From a bacterium (GTDB lineage: Bacteria > Patescibacteriota > Minisyncoccia > Minisyncoccales > CG1-02-41-26), in assembly GCA_030616605.1 (NCBI GenBank), contig JAUWWY010000001.1, forward strand, positions 4,251-68,250: a stretch of DNA of 64,000 nt, in the 5' to 3' direction. Positions 1 to 10,200 of this stretch are shown here, piece after piece. The notes beneath the pieces were generated by a model, which was given only the letters and a program-made list of their open reading frames with translations, was not told the DNA's origin and searched no databases. The position numbers and the translations under genes are program-made. Positions within the stretch are counted from its first letter, which is position 1. Each line of letters begins with the position of its first letter.

Positions 1-595
1 CCTAATCGATCGTTACGACGCTGGCAGTCAGACCGATGCTGCTGATACATTTGAGAAAGCAATGAGTATTACTAGCGGAAACTATACAGGTTATCTTTCT
101 GGAGAATCAGGCGCAGATACTAACGACTTTTATAAGGTAGCCGTTAACAAAGGAGAGACACTGACTCTAAAAGTAACTCCGCCAGGTGAGGCAAGAATGA
201 GAGTTGTTATTTATGACAGTGATAGGCGAGCATTGAAAGATGAATATGCCCCAAATCCAGGAGCAATTATCACAAATTCCGTACCTATAGCAAAGAATGG
301 AGATGCCTTTGGAGCTGTTATTTGTGATAGGTATTGTAGTGAATATCCTATTGAATATACTTTGAATATTGCAATCCAGCCATCAGTAGAAGATGGAGTT
401 GGTGATGGAGGAGAACCCCGAAATGGAGAAAACGGAGTAGATGGAACAGGAGCTGTAGATTTAACAAAGGATGTAGCTAAAGCTTTTGGCAAAGGGATTG
501 TTACAATAATACTTCTTTGGGTTTTAGTTCCGATTGTTTGTCTTATAGTTATTGGAGTGGTTATCTACCTTCTTTTGAAAAAGAAAAAGAAATAA
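1..595 (+). CDS. C-terminal part of a cell-surface protein: PPC-like (pre-peptidase C-terminal type) beta-sandwich, Gly/Asp-rich linker, single C-terminal TM anchor with KKKKK tail; 5' end lies outside the window
   Basis: The frame is open from nt 2 (LIDRYDAGSQTDAADTFEKA precedes the first Met at 62), so the ORF runs off the left edge. TNDFYKVAVNKGETLTLKV resembles the D-x-Y-x-f...G-x-L motif of PPC domains. The hydrophobic stretch IVTIILLWVLVPIVCLIVIGVVIYLLL is followed by KKKKK. Confidence 0.55.
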   Translation, partial: LIDRYDAGSQTDAADTFEKAMSITSGNYTGYLSGESGADTNDFYKVAVNKGETLTLKVTPPGEARMRVVIYDSDRRALKDEYAPNPGAIITNSVPIAKNGDAFGAVICDRYCSEYPIEYTLNIAIQPSVEDGVGDGGEPRNGENGVDGTGAVDLTKDVAKAFGKGIVTIILLWVLVPIVCLIVIGVVIYLLLKKKKK

Positions 596-614
596 TAGTG
601 CACAATAAAATCTT

Positions 615-2222
615 ATGGTTATGAAATCAAAAATAATTTTTGGTACCATTTTGTTATTAGTGATAGTTATAGTTGGTTATAATTATATTTTTAAGGATCA
701 AGAACTTCCCTACGAATTTGCTGAAGTTAAAAAGGGCAATGTTAGTCAGGAAATTTCAGAAACCGGACAAGTTAAAAAGGGAGAAGAGATAAAGCTTGGT
801 TTTAAGAACGTTGGTAGGATTGAAAAAATATATGTTGAGGTTGGTCAAACTGTTGAAAGCGGAACTTTTTTAGTCAAGCTGGATACTGGCCAGCTTTATA
901 TCCAATTTCAAGAAGCTAAAGCTTCTTTAGATTTAGCTGAAGCTGAATTAGCCAAATTATTAGCTGGAGCCAGCGAGGAAGAAATTGCTTTAGCTGAAAC
1001 TAAAAAGGCTAATGCCGAGATTAGTTTAGAAAATGTCAAACAAAATTTAGTTGATGTAAAAGCTGTTGCTGATGAAAATCTTAAAAACTTTTATGAAGAT
1101 GCTTTAAATACACTGGATGATGCTTATATAAAAATTTGTAATGCTTTTAATGTTGTTGATTTAATTCAAAGAGACTATTTTTATTACTCTGACCAAGAAA
1201 GTCAAAAAGTAAAAGAGAGTAAAACAGTAATAAAAACAGCAAAAGAGAATGTTAAGTTTTATCTTGATATTGCCAAAGATGATTCCAATAATGAGAACAT
1301 TGACACTGCTCTTTCGGAAATGAAAAAAGCTTTGGAGAAGGTCTCTGAAAGACTGGCAGTTGTTCGGGATGTATCAGAGGAGTCGGCTTACCGTAATACA
1401 GTTTCTGATACTGATAAGACCTCTTTAGACACTCAAAAATCAAACATTAATACCGCCCTAACCGATATTGTTGATTCTCAGCAGACTATTTCTTTTGGTA
1501 AGCTTACTAATCAATCCAATGTTAACACTGCTCAATCTAAAGTTTCTACTGCTGAAGGTGTACTCCAGACTGCCCAGGATGAACTTGCTTTAAAAAAAGC
1601 CGAACCCCAGCAAGTAGAAATTGATTTATATCAGGTCCAAATAAGACAGGCTCAGGCAAAAGTAGCTCTTTTACAAAAGCAGATTCAAGAAGCTACCCTT
1701 AAAAGTCCTGTCAAAGGACAGATTACTGAGATAAATAAAAGAGAGGGGGAGACAATTCAAATAACAGGGTCAATAATTTCTTTGATTCCCGCAACTCCCT
1801 TTCAAGTAGAGACGGATATTTACGAAGAAGATATTGTTAAAGTTAAAATAGAAAATCCGGTAGATATTACTCTTGCTGCTTTTTCTGATGAGATATTAAA
1901 GGGAAAAGTAATCTCAATTGACCCGGCAGAAAGACTAATTGGAGGAGTGGTATATTATAAAGTAATTATTGATTTTGAGGACCAGAGACAGGGAATTAAA
2001 CCGGGTATGACCGCTGATTTAGTAATTAAAACCGCTTCCAAAGAAAATGTCTTAATTGTTTCTGAAGATGCAATCCAAAAAAAGAATGGTAAATTCATAG
2101 TTCAGGTTTTTAAAGATGGTCTGGTTGAAGATAGAGAAATAGAAATTGGCCTTAAAGGCAGTGATGGTAATGTAGAGATTATTTCTGGATTAGAAGAAGG
2201 AGAACAGGTAATCATAGAATAA
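615..2222 (+). CDS. HlyD/MacA-family periplasmic adaptor (membrane fusion protein)
   Basis: It has an N-terminal TM anchor, a long coiled-coil middle (LAEAELAKLLAG, VALLQKQIQEA) and a beta-barrel tail (GMTADLVI). It is immediately followed by an ABC ATPase and an FtsX-type permease. Confidence 0.85.
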   Translation: MVMKSKIIFGTILLLVIVIVGYNYIFKDQELPYEFAEVKKGNVSQEISETGQVKKGEEIKLGFKNVGRIEKIYVEVGQTVESGTFLVKLDTGQLYIQFQEAKASLDLAEAELAKLLAGASEEEIALAETKKANAEISLENVKQNLVDVKAVADENLKNFYEDALNTLDDAYIKICNAFNVVDLIQRDYFYYSDQESQKVKESKTVIKTAKENVKFYLDIAKDDSNNENIDTALSEMKKALEKVSERLAVVRDVSEESAYRNTVSDTDKTSLDTQKSNINTALTDIVDSQQTISFGKLTNQSNVNTAQSKVSTAEGVLQTAQDELALKKAEPQQVEIDLYQVQIRQAQAKVALLQKQIQEATLKSPVKGQITEINKREGETIQITGSIISLIPATPFQVETDIYEEDIVKVKIENPVDITLAAFSDEILKGKVISIDPAERLIGGVVYYKVIIDFEDQRQGIKPGMTADLVIKTASKENVLIVSEDAIQKKNGKFIVQVFKDGLVEDREIEIGLKGSDGNVEIISGLEEGEQVIIE

Positions 2223-2224
2223 TT

Positions 2225-2965
2225 ATGGCTGAAGAATCATTGATAAAACTTGAGAATGTTTGGAAGATTTATCAATTGGAAAAATTAGAACTCACTGTTT
2301 TAAGAGAAATAAACCTGGAGATTACTCCAGGTAGTTTTGTAACAATTATGGGCCCGAGCGGCTCAGGCAAATCAACTCTTTTACATATTATTGGCTGTTT
2401 AGATACTCCTACCAAAGGAAAAATTTTTTTAAAAGGTAAAGATATTTCCGGCCTTTCCGAAGACGAACTAGCCCAGATTAGAAGCCAAAAGATTGGTTTT
2501 GTTTTTCAGCAATTTAATTTACTGCCTAATCTTAATTCTCTTGAGAATGTAATGTTTCCCATGATTTTTCAAGGTGTTTATGAGGAAGAAAGAAGAGAAA
2601 AAGCTCAAACCCTTCTTAAGTCTTTAGATTTGGGAAAAAGAATTTTGCATAGACCCTCTGAACTTTCAGGTGGAGAACAGCAAAGGATTGCGATTGCCAG
2701 AGCTTTAGCTAATAATCCTGAACTTATTTTAGCAGATGAACCAACCGGTAATTTAGATTCCACAACCGGAAAAATGATAATGGAAACCTTAATTAATCTT
2801 CATAAAAAAGAACAAAAAACCATTGTCGTAGTTACTCACGACCCTTATATTGCTGAGTACAGTAAAGAAATAATTAATATTAAGGATGGTCGAATAATTT
2901 CAAATCATCAGACGGCTTCAAAAGTTCTTTGGTCTGGTAAAGAACATGATAAAAGAATATTTTAA
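2225..2965 (+). CDS. ABC transporter ATP-binding protein, MacB/LolD-like
   Basis: Walker [11 protein letters not shown]-loop, signature [14 protein letters not shown] and Walker [13 protein letters not shown] are all present. Confidence 0.95.
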   Translation: MAEESLIKLENVWKIYQLEKLELTVLREINLEITPGSFVTIMGPSGSGKSTLLHIIGCLDTPTKGKIFLKGKDISGLSEDELAQIRSQKIGFVFQQFNLLPNLNSLENVMFPMIFQGVYEEERREKAQTLLKSLDLGKRILHRPSELSGGEQQRIAIARALANNPELILADEPTGNLDSTTGKMIMETLINLHKKEQKTIVVVTHDPYIAEYSKEIINIKDGRIISNHQTASKVLWSGKEHDKRIF

Positions 2966-4157
2966 AATTTCTCTAAGAAATCTTAGAACCAGACCAATGA
3001 GGAGTTGGTTAACCATCATTGGTATTGTTATCGGTATTTTTTTGATTATCTCGTTACTTTCTTTAAGTGAAGGTATAAAGTCTGCCATGCTTCAACAATT
3101 AAGAATGATGGGAAAAGATTTAGTTATGATTATGCCCGGTGAACTCAGCGATATTCTAACTACTTTTATTGGTGGTTTAAAATTAACTGAAGATGATTTA
3201 AAAGCAATAGAGAAAGCCGAAGGAGTTAATTTGGTTGTTCCTATGTCTTGGAAAGGAGAAGTAATGAGATATAAAGGTAAGACAAAGACAATTTTAATTT
3301 ACGGAGTCCCCTTAAAAGAATCAAAAGAAATATTTAAGACTGATATAGGTTGGGATTTAGCTGAAGGGCGTTGGCCAATTGTGGGAAAAAGAGAGATTAT
3401 TGTTGGTGATTTAGTGCCTAAAGATATTTTTCCTGGAATGAAGATAGAAACCCAGGCTTATATTAAAGGAAAACAATTTGAGGTTGTAGGAATTTTGAAA
3501 TCACTTGGAAGTAAACAAGATGATTCTATGGTTGCTTTAGATTTAGATATTTTTCGAGAAATTACCGGAGAAAGAAAAGACGCTCAGTTTGCCTTTGCAA
3601 AAGTTGGACCAGGTTTTGAAACAGAAGAGGTAGTAGAGAACATAAAAGACCAGCTTCAAGAAACCAGAAAAAGAAAAAGAGGAGAAGATTTACCGTCTTT
3701 TACAGTACTTAGCAACGAAAAAATGGGTGGTATAGTTAACGACATAATGTCTTTGATTCAAGTGGCAATTTTTAGCATAGCTTCCATTGCTATTGTTGTT
3801 GGTGGAATAGGAATAATGAATACCATGTATACCTCAGTTCACGAGAGAACTCGCGAAATAGGAATTATGAAAGCTGTTGGTGCTAAAAACAAAACCATTG
3901 TCAATATTTTCTTAATTGAATCAGGTATTGTTGGTTTGATAGGAGGAATAGGAGGAGTGGGCTTAGGAATAGGATTAGCAAAAATGATAGAATTTTCTCT
4001 TTCGTCTCAAGGCACTTTTTATTTAAAAGCTTCGGCTTCCCCTCAGATTTTAATTTTTGGTCTAGGTTTTTCTTTTTTACTTGGTTGTCTTTCAGGATTT
4101 TTTCCGGCTCGCCGGGCCGCAAAATTTAAACCGGTTGATGCTTTAAGATATGAATAA
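2946..4157 (+). CDS. ABC transporter permease, FtsX/MacB type
   Basis: It has an N-terminal TM helix, a large periplasmic domain and three C-terminal TM helices with the typical GIMKAVGA motif. It overlaps the ATPase gene by 20 nt. Confidence 0.9.
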   Translation: MIKEYFKISLRNLRTRPMRSWLTIIGIVIGIFLIISLLSLSEGIKSAMLQQLRMMGKDLVMIMPGELSDILTTFIGGLKLTEDDLKAIEKAEGVNLVVPMSWKGEVMRYKGKTKTILIYGVPLKESKEIFKTDIGWDLAEGRWPIVGKREIIVGDLVPKDIFPGMKIETQAYIKGKQFEVVGILKSLGSKQDDSMVALDLDIFREITGERKDAQFAFAKVGPGFETEEVVENIKDQLQETRKRKRGEDLPSFTVLSNEKMGGIVNDIMSLIQVAIFSIASIAIVVGGIGIMNTMYTSVHERTREIGIMKAVGAKNKTIVNIFLIESGIVGLIGGIGGVGLGIGLAKMIEFSLSSQGTFYLKASASPQILIFGLGFSFLLGCLSGFFPARRAAKFKPVDALRYE

Positions 4158-4566
4158 AGAATTTAGCATTTCAACTAAAGCTCGATATCAGTTAATTGAC
4201 ATTAGCGCTCAGGTAGAAGAAATAATTAGAGAAAGTAAAATTAAAAATGGCTTGGCTTTTATTTTTACCCCCCATTCAACAGCTGCTATTTTATTAACCG
4301 AAAATGAATCAGGTCTGAAGCAAGACTGGTTAGAGGTTTTTAAAAAAATAGTTTCCGGTTTTGATTTTCTTCATAATCAAATTGATGATAATGCTGATTC
4401 TCACATTCTTTCTGGTTTGGTTGGCCAGGGCAAAACTTTAGCAATTGAAAACAACAAATTAATCAGAGGAACCTGGCAGCAAATATTCTTAGTGGAATTA
4501 GACGGACCAAAAACCAGAAAAGTAATGGTCAAATATTTGGACGCCACCCACCCGCCGCCCAGATAG
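4150..4566 (+). CDS. YjbQ/UPF0047 family protein (secondary thiamine-phosphate synthase type)
   Basis: The HSTAAILLTENESG and DNADSHILSGLVG motifs are typical of UPF0047, and the size fits (138 aa). Confidence 0.85.
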   Translation: MNKEFSISTKARYQLIDISAQVEEIIRESKIKNGLAFIFTPHSTAAILLTENESGLKQDWLEVFKKIVSGFDFLHNQIDDNADSHILSGLVGQGKTLAIENNKLIRGTWQQIFLVELDGPKTRKVMVKYLDATHPPPR

Positions 4567-4597
4567 AAAAAACCGCAGACTTTATCTGCGGTTTTTT
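4567..4597. terminator. Bidirectional intrinsic terminator between convergent genes
   Basis: Stem aaccgcaga/tctgcggtt is flanked by an A-run and a T-run. Confidence 0.8.
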
Positions 4598-4605
4598 GAT
4601 TGTGA

Positions 4606-5124
4606 TTATACCAGATGGATGACTATGGGGATTGCAATGACTGCCATTTCAATAGCCAAAGAAATCTGGACTCCCTTGCGTTCAATAGGTCTAAGATGCA
4701 GGTAGCGGGAGAGCGGCAATTTAGCTTCTTTGACTGTGAAGTAGGCACAAATAGTAACAGCGATAATAAAAGACAATAGAATAAGAAAGTAAATGTCTAT
4801 ATAAACTAAAGCTGTTACTATAAAAGAAATCCAGACAGCAAGACTGGCGAAGTAGATAGAGCTACCAAACGCCGAGTTTAAAATTGCTTTATTGCCCTGG
4901 GTAATTACATTCTTAAAATTAAGTTTACTACTCGGTAATGTCATTACAAAAGAACCTAAACCAAATAATAAGAATCCAATTACCATTACTCCGATTTCCT
5001 TGAGTAATATTACTCCCTCAGCATACCTGTTGATGAGAGCTACCAGACCAAAGAAGAAGCAGAGAGTTATGAGAGTTACGATAATCTCCACCCAAATCAG
5101 TTTTCTGTCAATGAATTTCTTCAT
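4606..5124 (-). CDS. Polytopic membrane protein, unknown function (paralogue of 5260-5733)
   Basis: It has 5 predicted TM stretches. It shares MKKFI..., I[ND].YA[ED]G and the C-terminal IP[IV]..[HY]L[VL] with the neighbouring gene. Confidence 0.6.
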   Translation of the reverse strand: MKKFIDRKLIWVEIIVTLITLCFFFGLVALINRYAEGVILLKEIGVMVIGFLLFGLGSFVMTLPSSKLNFKNVITQGNKAILNSAFGSSIYFASLAVWISFIVTALVYIDIYFLILLSFIIAVTICAYFTVKEAKLPLSRYLHLRPIERKGVQISLAIEMAVIAIPIVIHLV

Positions 5125-5213
5125 TATTCCTCTTTTTTGTTATTAAGTTTTTAAATTGCTTTTGGTGATAATATAAATTTAACCAAAATTTTCTAAGTTT
5201 GTCAATTGATTAC

Positions 5214-5250
5214 AAAAAAAGCCAAACAGTATTAGACTATTTGGCTTTTG
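5214..5250 (-). terminator. Intrinsic terminator of the 5260-5733 gene
   Basis: On the minus strand, stem aaaagccaaa/tttggctttt is followed by a T-run. Confidence 0.7.
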
Positions 5251-5259
5251 GTTGTGTGG

Positions 5260-5733
5260 TTAGAGAAGATAGATAAGGATGGGAGTTGTGATAGCTGTTG
5301 CCCCAACAATAACCGAGATATAGGCTTTGAGCGGGTCAATTGAAGTAGTGAATATATAGAGGCTTATCATTGAAAGGGCGCGTGATGTTGTGGTGAGGAT
5401 AAAACCAACTGCAATCACCAGGACCAGAGTAAAGAAAGCAGATGAACCTGGGAAGAGGTGAGAATACTTTAGAATACTAACCAAAAAGCTAATAGCTAAA
5501 GCAATACTTCCAACATGAGGACAGGCAGCGGCTATTAATTCTCCCTCGCCGAATCTTTCAGTCGATTCTATTACCATAGCTGCCACAAACAATGTGAATG
5601 CAGTCAGGAGCAAGGCTGTCCATTTATAGCCCATTATCCCGTCAGCATAGTTGTCAATCAGAACAGCTGCAACGAAGAAGGGTAAGAGAGCAGCAATAAT
5701 TGTAACAACCTCCAAACTAATAAATTTCTTCAT
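5260..5733 (-). CDS. Polytopic membrane protein, unknown function (paralogue of 4606-5124)
   Basis: It is hydrophobic throughout, shares N- and C-terminal motifs with the adjacent gene, and has an AGGAG upstream of the ATG. Confidence 0.6.
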   Translation of the reverse strand: MKKFISLEVVTIIAALLPFFVAAVLIDNYADGIMGYKWTALLLTAFTLFVAAMVIESTERFGEGELIAAACPHVGSIALAISFLVSILKYSHLFPGSSAFFTLVLVIAVGFILTTTSRALSMISLYIFTTSIDPLKAYISVIVGATAITTPILIYLL

Positions 5734-5843
5734 AGCGATTCTCCTTATGATTTTTTAAAAGTACTAATATTCATATCTTACAACATTCTTTTTATTTGTC
5801 AAATAGAGATACTGTTAACTTTATGCTATAGTAGAATAGCAGT

Positions 5844-6302
5844 ATGGTCATAATTTTTTGCGGTATTCCCGGCTCAGGTAAAAGTACCATAGCTGAGGAA
5901 TTGGTAAAAAAATTAAAAAAACTGGGTAGCGTTGAATTTTTTATTTCCGATGAAATTTCAGGTCAGGTTTATAAAAAAATTTCAGAACTTCTGAAAAAGA
6001 ATTTAAATAAGATAGATTATATTGTTGTTGATGCTACTTTTTATAAGAAGAAGTGGCGAGAAATGGTTTATGAAATTTGTGGCAGAGATAAAGTAATAAC
6101 TTTGGATATTCATTGTCCTTTGAAAGTTTGTCTTCAGAGAAATAAAAAAAGAAAGAACCCTTTGCCGGAAAAAGTTCTTCATATTATTCACCATCAAATG
6201 GAGAGACCCGAACATCCGGATTTGGTGATAGATACCCAAAATATTGAACCCAAAAAGAATAGTGCTCTCATTTTAGCTGAGATTATTAAAAAACAATTTT
6301 AA
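5844..6302 (+). CDS. Small P-loop kinase / AAA-type NTPase
   Basis: Walker A GIPGSGKST lies at the N-terminus and VVDATF is Walker-B like. At 152 aa it fits the nucleotide/tRNA kinase-like family, but the exact substrate is not assignable. Confidence 0.65.
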   Translation: MVIIFCGIPGSGKSTIAEELVKKLKKLGSVEFFISDEISGQVYKKISELLKKNLNKIDYIVVDATFYKKKWREMVYEICGRDKVITLDIHCPLKVCLQRNKKRKNPLPEKVLHIIHHQMERPEHPDLVIDTQNIEPKKNSALILAEIIKKQF

Positions 6303-6380
6303 ATAAAAAAAGGGTGTTCTCTTAGAGAGAAATTTGTTAAGATAGGGAAAGGTCGAAGATAATTGAATAAAATAAAACAA

Positions 6381-7199
6381 ATGAAAAAGCAAGATTTTAA
6401 AAATTTTAAGCATGGAAATAAATGCTTATTTAGTTTACTTATTATTGTTTTGAGTATTTTTATATTTGCTTTAGCTGTTTCTACCACAGTTGGTATTTTT
6501 AACAAGATTAAAGAGGGCAAATATATTGGTCAGGAATTTGAAGCAAAAAATACTATTACTGTTTCAGATACAGGAGAAATTTATAGCAAACCTGATTTAG
6601 CTTTAACCAATTTTTCAGTTATAAACGAAGCAAAAACTGTTGATGAGGCAATGAGAGAGAATACAGAAAAGATGAACGCCATAATTGATTCTGTTAAAAA
6701 TCAAGGGGTTGAGGAAAAAGATTTAAAAACAACCAGTTTCAATATTTATCCTCGCTATGAATATTATGAGAATGAAAGAGCTGAGATTCCTCCTTATCCT
6801 CAGGGGAAAAGAGTCTTGGTTGGCTATGAAATTCGTCAAACACTCCAAGTGAAAATCAGGGATATGGAGAAAATCGGTCAAATTATTGAAGGGGCGACAG
6901 ATGCTGGTGCTAATCAAGTTGGAAATTTAGAGTTTACCATTGATAAACAAGACGAACTTAAAAAGCAGGCCCGAGCAATGGCAATTGAAAAAGCTAAAGC
7001 TAAAGCAGATGAGATTGCTTTACAGCTCGGCGTTGATTTGGTTAGAATTACTAATTTCAGTGAAGGAGTTACATTACCGCGTTATTATGCTTTAGAAAAA
7101 TCAATTGAGATAGCAGAAGCCGGCGCTGGAGCGCCTCAGATAGAAACAGGAGAAAATAAAATAGAAGTTAGTGTAAGTATCACTTACGAAATCAAATAA
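6381..7199 (+). CDS. SIMPL/DUF541 family secreted protein
   Basis: It has an N-terminal TM/signal anchor followed by GYEIRQTLQVKIRD...GANQVGNLEFTIDKQDELKKQARAMAIEKAKAKA, typical of DUF541. I prefer the ATG at 6381 over the TTG at 6363. Confidence 0.8.
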   Translation: MKKQDFKNFKHGNKCLFSLLIIVLSIFIFALAVSTTVGIFNKIKEGKYIGQEFEAKNTITVSDTGEIYSKPDLALTNFSVINEAKTVDEAMRENTEKMNAIIDSVKNQGVEEKDLKTTSFNIYPRYEYYENERAEIPPYPQGKRVLVGYEIRQTLQVKIRDMEKIGQIIEGATDAGANQVGNLEFTIDKQDELKKQARAMAIEKAKAKADEIALQLGVDLVRITNFSEGVTLPRYYALEKSIEIAEAGAGAPQIETGENKIEVSVSITYEIK

Positions 7200-7220
7200 A
7201 GAACTGTAACAAAAAAAACT

Positions 7221-10200
7221 GTGAGAAAATTAATTTTAATAATAATACTTTTATTATTTTTATTACCTTCGTTTAAGATGGGAGTTTTAGCTCAACAAGC
7301 TGAACTTTTATCTCCAGGACTTACTCCTAATAGTCCATTTTATTTTTTAGATACCTTAGGAGAAAAATTAGGAATGTTTTTTACTTTTGGTGACCTCAAG
7401 AAAGCTGAAAAAGCTATGCAATACGCCGAAGAGAAATTAGCTGAAGCTAAACTAATGGCAGAAAAGAATAAAATTCAAGCCATGGAAAAAGCCAATCAGA
7501 AATATCAGGAATTTTTAGGTTTAGCCAATAGAAAAACTCAAGAAGCCAAAGAGAGAGGAAAAAACATAGATGAATTAGCAATCTTAATTACTGAAAAAAT
7601 CCTAAAACACCAAGACATATTGGTAGAAGTATTTGAAAAAGTTCCAGAGCAAGCTAAGGCCGCAATTGAGAAAGCAATTGAGGTTTCAAGGAGAGGTTCA
7701 GAAGAAGCTGTTCAGGCAGTAACCGGAGCAAAAAAAGAAGAATTGCAACAAAAAATAGAAGAAGCAAAGACAAGAATGGAGGAAGTGAGGGAGACTGCTG
7801 ATTGGGAAACTTATATAAATGAGAAATACGAATATTCTTTTAAATATCCTGATAATTGTTTTTATGGACCGATGCCTGTGTATTGCAAGCAATCACCGCC
7901 AGAAGAAAGACCTCCAGAATGTTTATGTTTCTTAAATGGTGAAAATCCTGATAGTGTTTTTCTTCAGGCCTTTACTGGTGAGAAAGATAATTTGACGCTC
8001 GCTGATTTTTCGGTTTTTCATTCTGTTTTTGTTGATAGCTATAGTCCTCCTGCTGGCACAGACCTTGTCAGCTGGCTCAAAGAAAAATTCCCTTATCAAG
8101 ACGTTCCAGATGAGATAAATACGGAAATAGACGGAATACTAGCTGTAAAAGTTTATACTCCTTTTTCAGGAATGGCTTATTCCCAGGAAGATATTTATTT
8201 TATAAAGAGTGATAAACTTTTTAGGATTAGTATGTTAGATGTGGACAATGAAAATAATAGAGAACTATATAACAAAATTCTTTCTACTTTTAAATTTATA
8301 GAATTAGAAGAAGCCGAGGAGGAAGTCCCGGAAGCTGAAGAACCCCTGGATGTTGAAGAGAAACCATATATTCAAGTAATTTCTCCAAATGGGGGAGAAA
8401 CTTGGAAAGAGAAAAATACTTACGATATTACCTGGACTTCAAGAGGTGTAGAAAACGTGGCTATTTTTCTTCTTGGATGTAAAACAAAAGAGTGTCCTAT
8501 AGAAGCAGGAATTTCTTCCTATAAAATTTATCCTTATTCAGTAGAGGCTAAAGCAGGAAAATATTCTTGGACTATTTATTCAAAAGATATTGGCTTTGGC
8601 TTTGGCTTTGGCATTTCTGAATATACTTGCTTTAAGATAAAAATTAAAAAAGTTTCCTTAGGACCATTAGGAATTTTAGACAATTTCCTGGCAACGTTAG
8701 ATTATTTAAGAACGACAATAAAAGTTCTTTCAGTTCAAACTTCTGATTTTGTTGAAGATGTAAGCGATGAGTGTTTTGCGATTATTGAGCCAGAGCCACT
8801 TGTACCAAATACCCCAATGATGAGAGATATTGATGTTTCGGTTATGGCAGGTGTGTCCTATAAAATTGGCTGGACTACTGTTAGTGGAGCAATAACCTAT
8901 ATCCTTGAAAGAGATACCAGTGTATCATTTTCTAATCCTGTTACAGCTTATTCCGGGTCATTAAATAGTTTTACAGGAACTCTTTCACCATCTGTTTCAA
9001 CAACCTATTATTTTAGAGTAAAAGCCTGTAATAATTATGGATGCAGTTCTTGGAGTAAGTTAACGTCATTATGGGTAGAAGTCTGCTCTTTGCCGGAAGC
9101 TCCTCTTTTAGCAGATTTGGGAGCTCCAGTAGAATCAGGCACGGTTTACACAATAAACTGGGTCAGTGTACCGGAGGTTTCAAGCGAGGTACTTCAATAT
9201 GCTGTTCAAAGAGATACTAATTTAAGCTTTTATAATCCAACCATAATTTATAGAGGGTCATTAAACAGCGTAAAAGACAGCCCTTTGCCATTAGTTACAA
9301 CTTCATATTTTTATAGAGTAAAAGCAGAGAATATCTGTGGAGAAAGTCCCTGGAGTAATATAAAAGGTATCCAGGTTGAGGTTTTTCTTCGAACTCCTGT
9401 TTTAATGGATCCGGGGATTTCGGTTAATTCGGGTGAATATTTTATTTTGAATTGGACAAATATTGAAGGCGCAAAGAGGTATTGGCTTCAAAGAGATACC
9501 AGTCCATATTTTCCTTCTTCTATTCCTCCTCATTATTCTGAAGTAAATAGTATTAAAGAAATTCTTTCTCCAGAAGTTTCAACAACCTATTATTATAAAG
9601 TAAAAGCCTGCACTGATACTGAATGTAGTCCTTATAGTAATGTAGTTGATATGCAAGTTATTGTTCCATCGTCAATTACTGTTACTTCTCCTAATGGGGG
9701 AGAGAGGTGGGCAATTGGGAATACTTATGACATTATTTGGACATCTGTTGGAGTTGATGAAGTTAATTTCTGTGTGAATTATGGAACCGGCTGTTTAGGA
9801 TTAGGAGGAGAAATTTCCTCATCTAGAATAGATGCTTCTCTTGGAAAATTCTCTTGGCAAATTGATCCCAATGCTCCTTATGTACCAGGAGATAACTTGA
9901 AGATGCGAATTACTGATGCTAGTGATTCAACAGTATTTGATGAGAGTGATAATTATTTCAGTATTGTTTCTCCATCAATTACTGTCACTTCTCCTAATGG
10001 GGGAGAAACTTTGCAAAAAGGATCCAATACATTTATTAATTTGAAGTTTTCGCCATATGTGCCATTAGGTGGATTTGTGATTAATTTACTTCGTTCAGAT
10101 ACGGATATCGCCGTCGCTCATCTTAAATACTGCAGTTTAGAAAATGTTACTTACGACAACGCGACTCCTTCAAACGCTTCTTGGCAATGGAAAGTTGGAT

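Noticed and set aside
8591-8611. (GGCTTT)3 microsatellite as a phase-variation switch in the surface-protein gene
   Set aside because: The unit length is 6 bp, so copy-number changes stay in frame. There are only three copies, encoding GFGFGF. It may vary in length but cannot switch the gene on or off.
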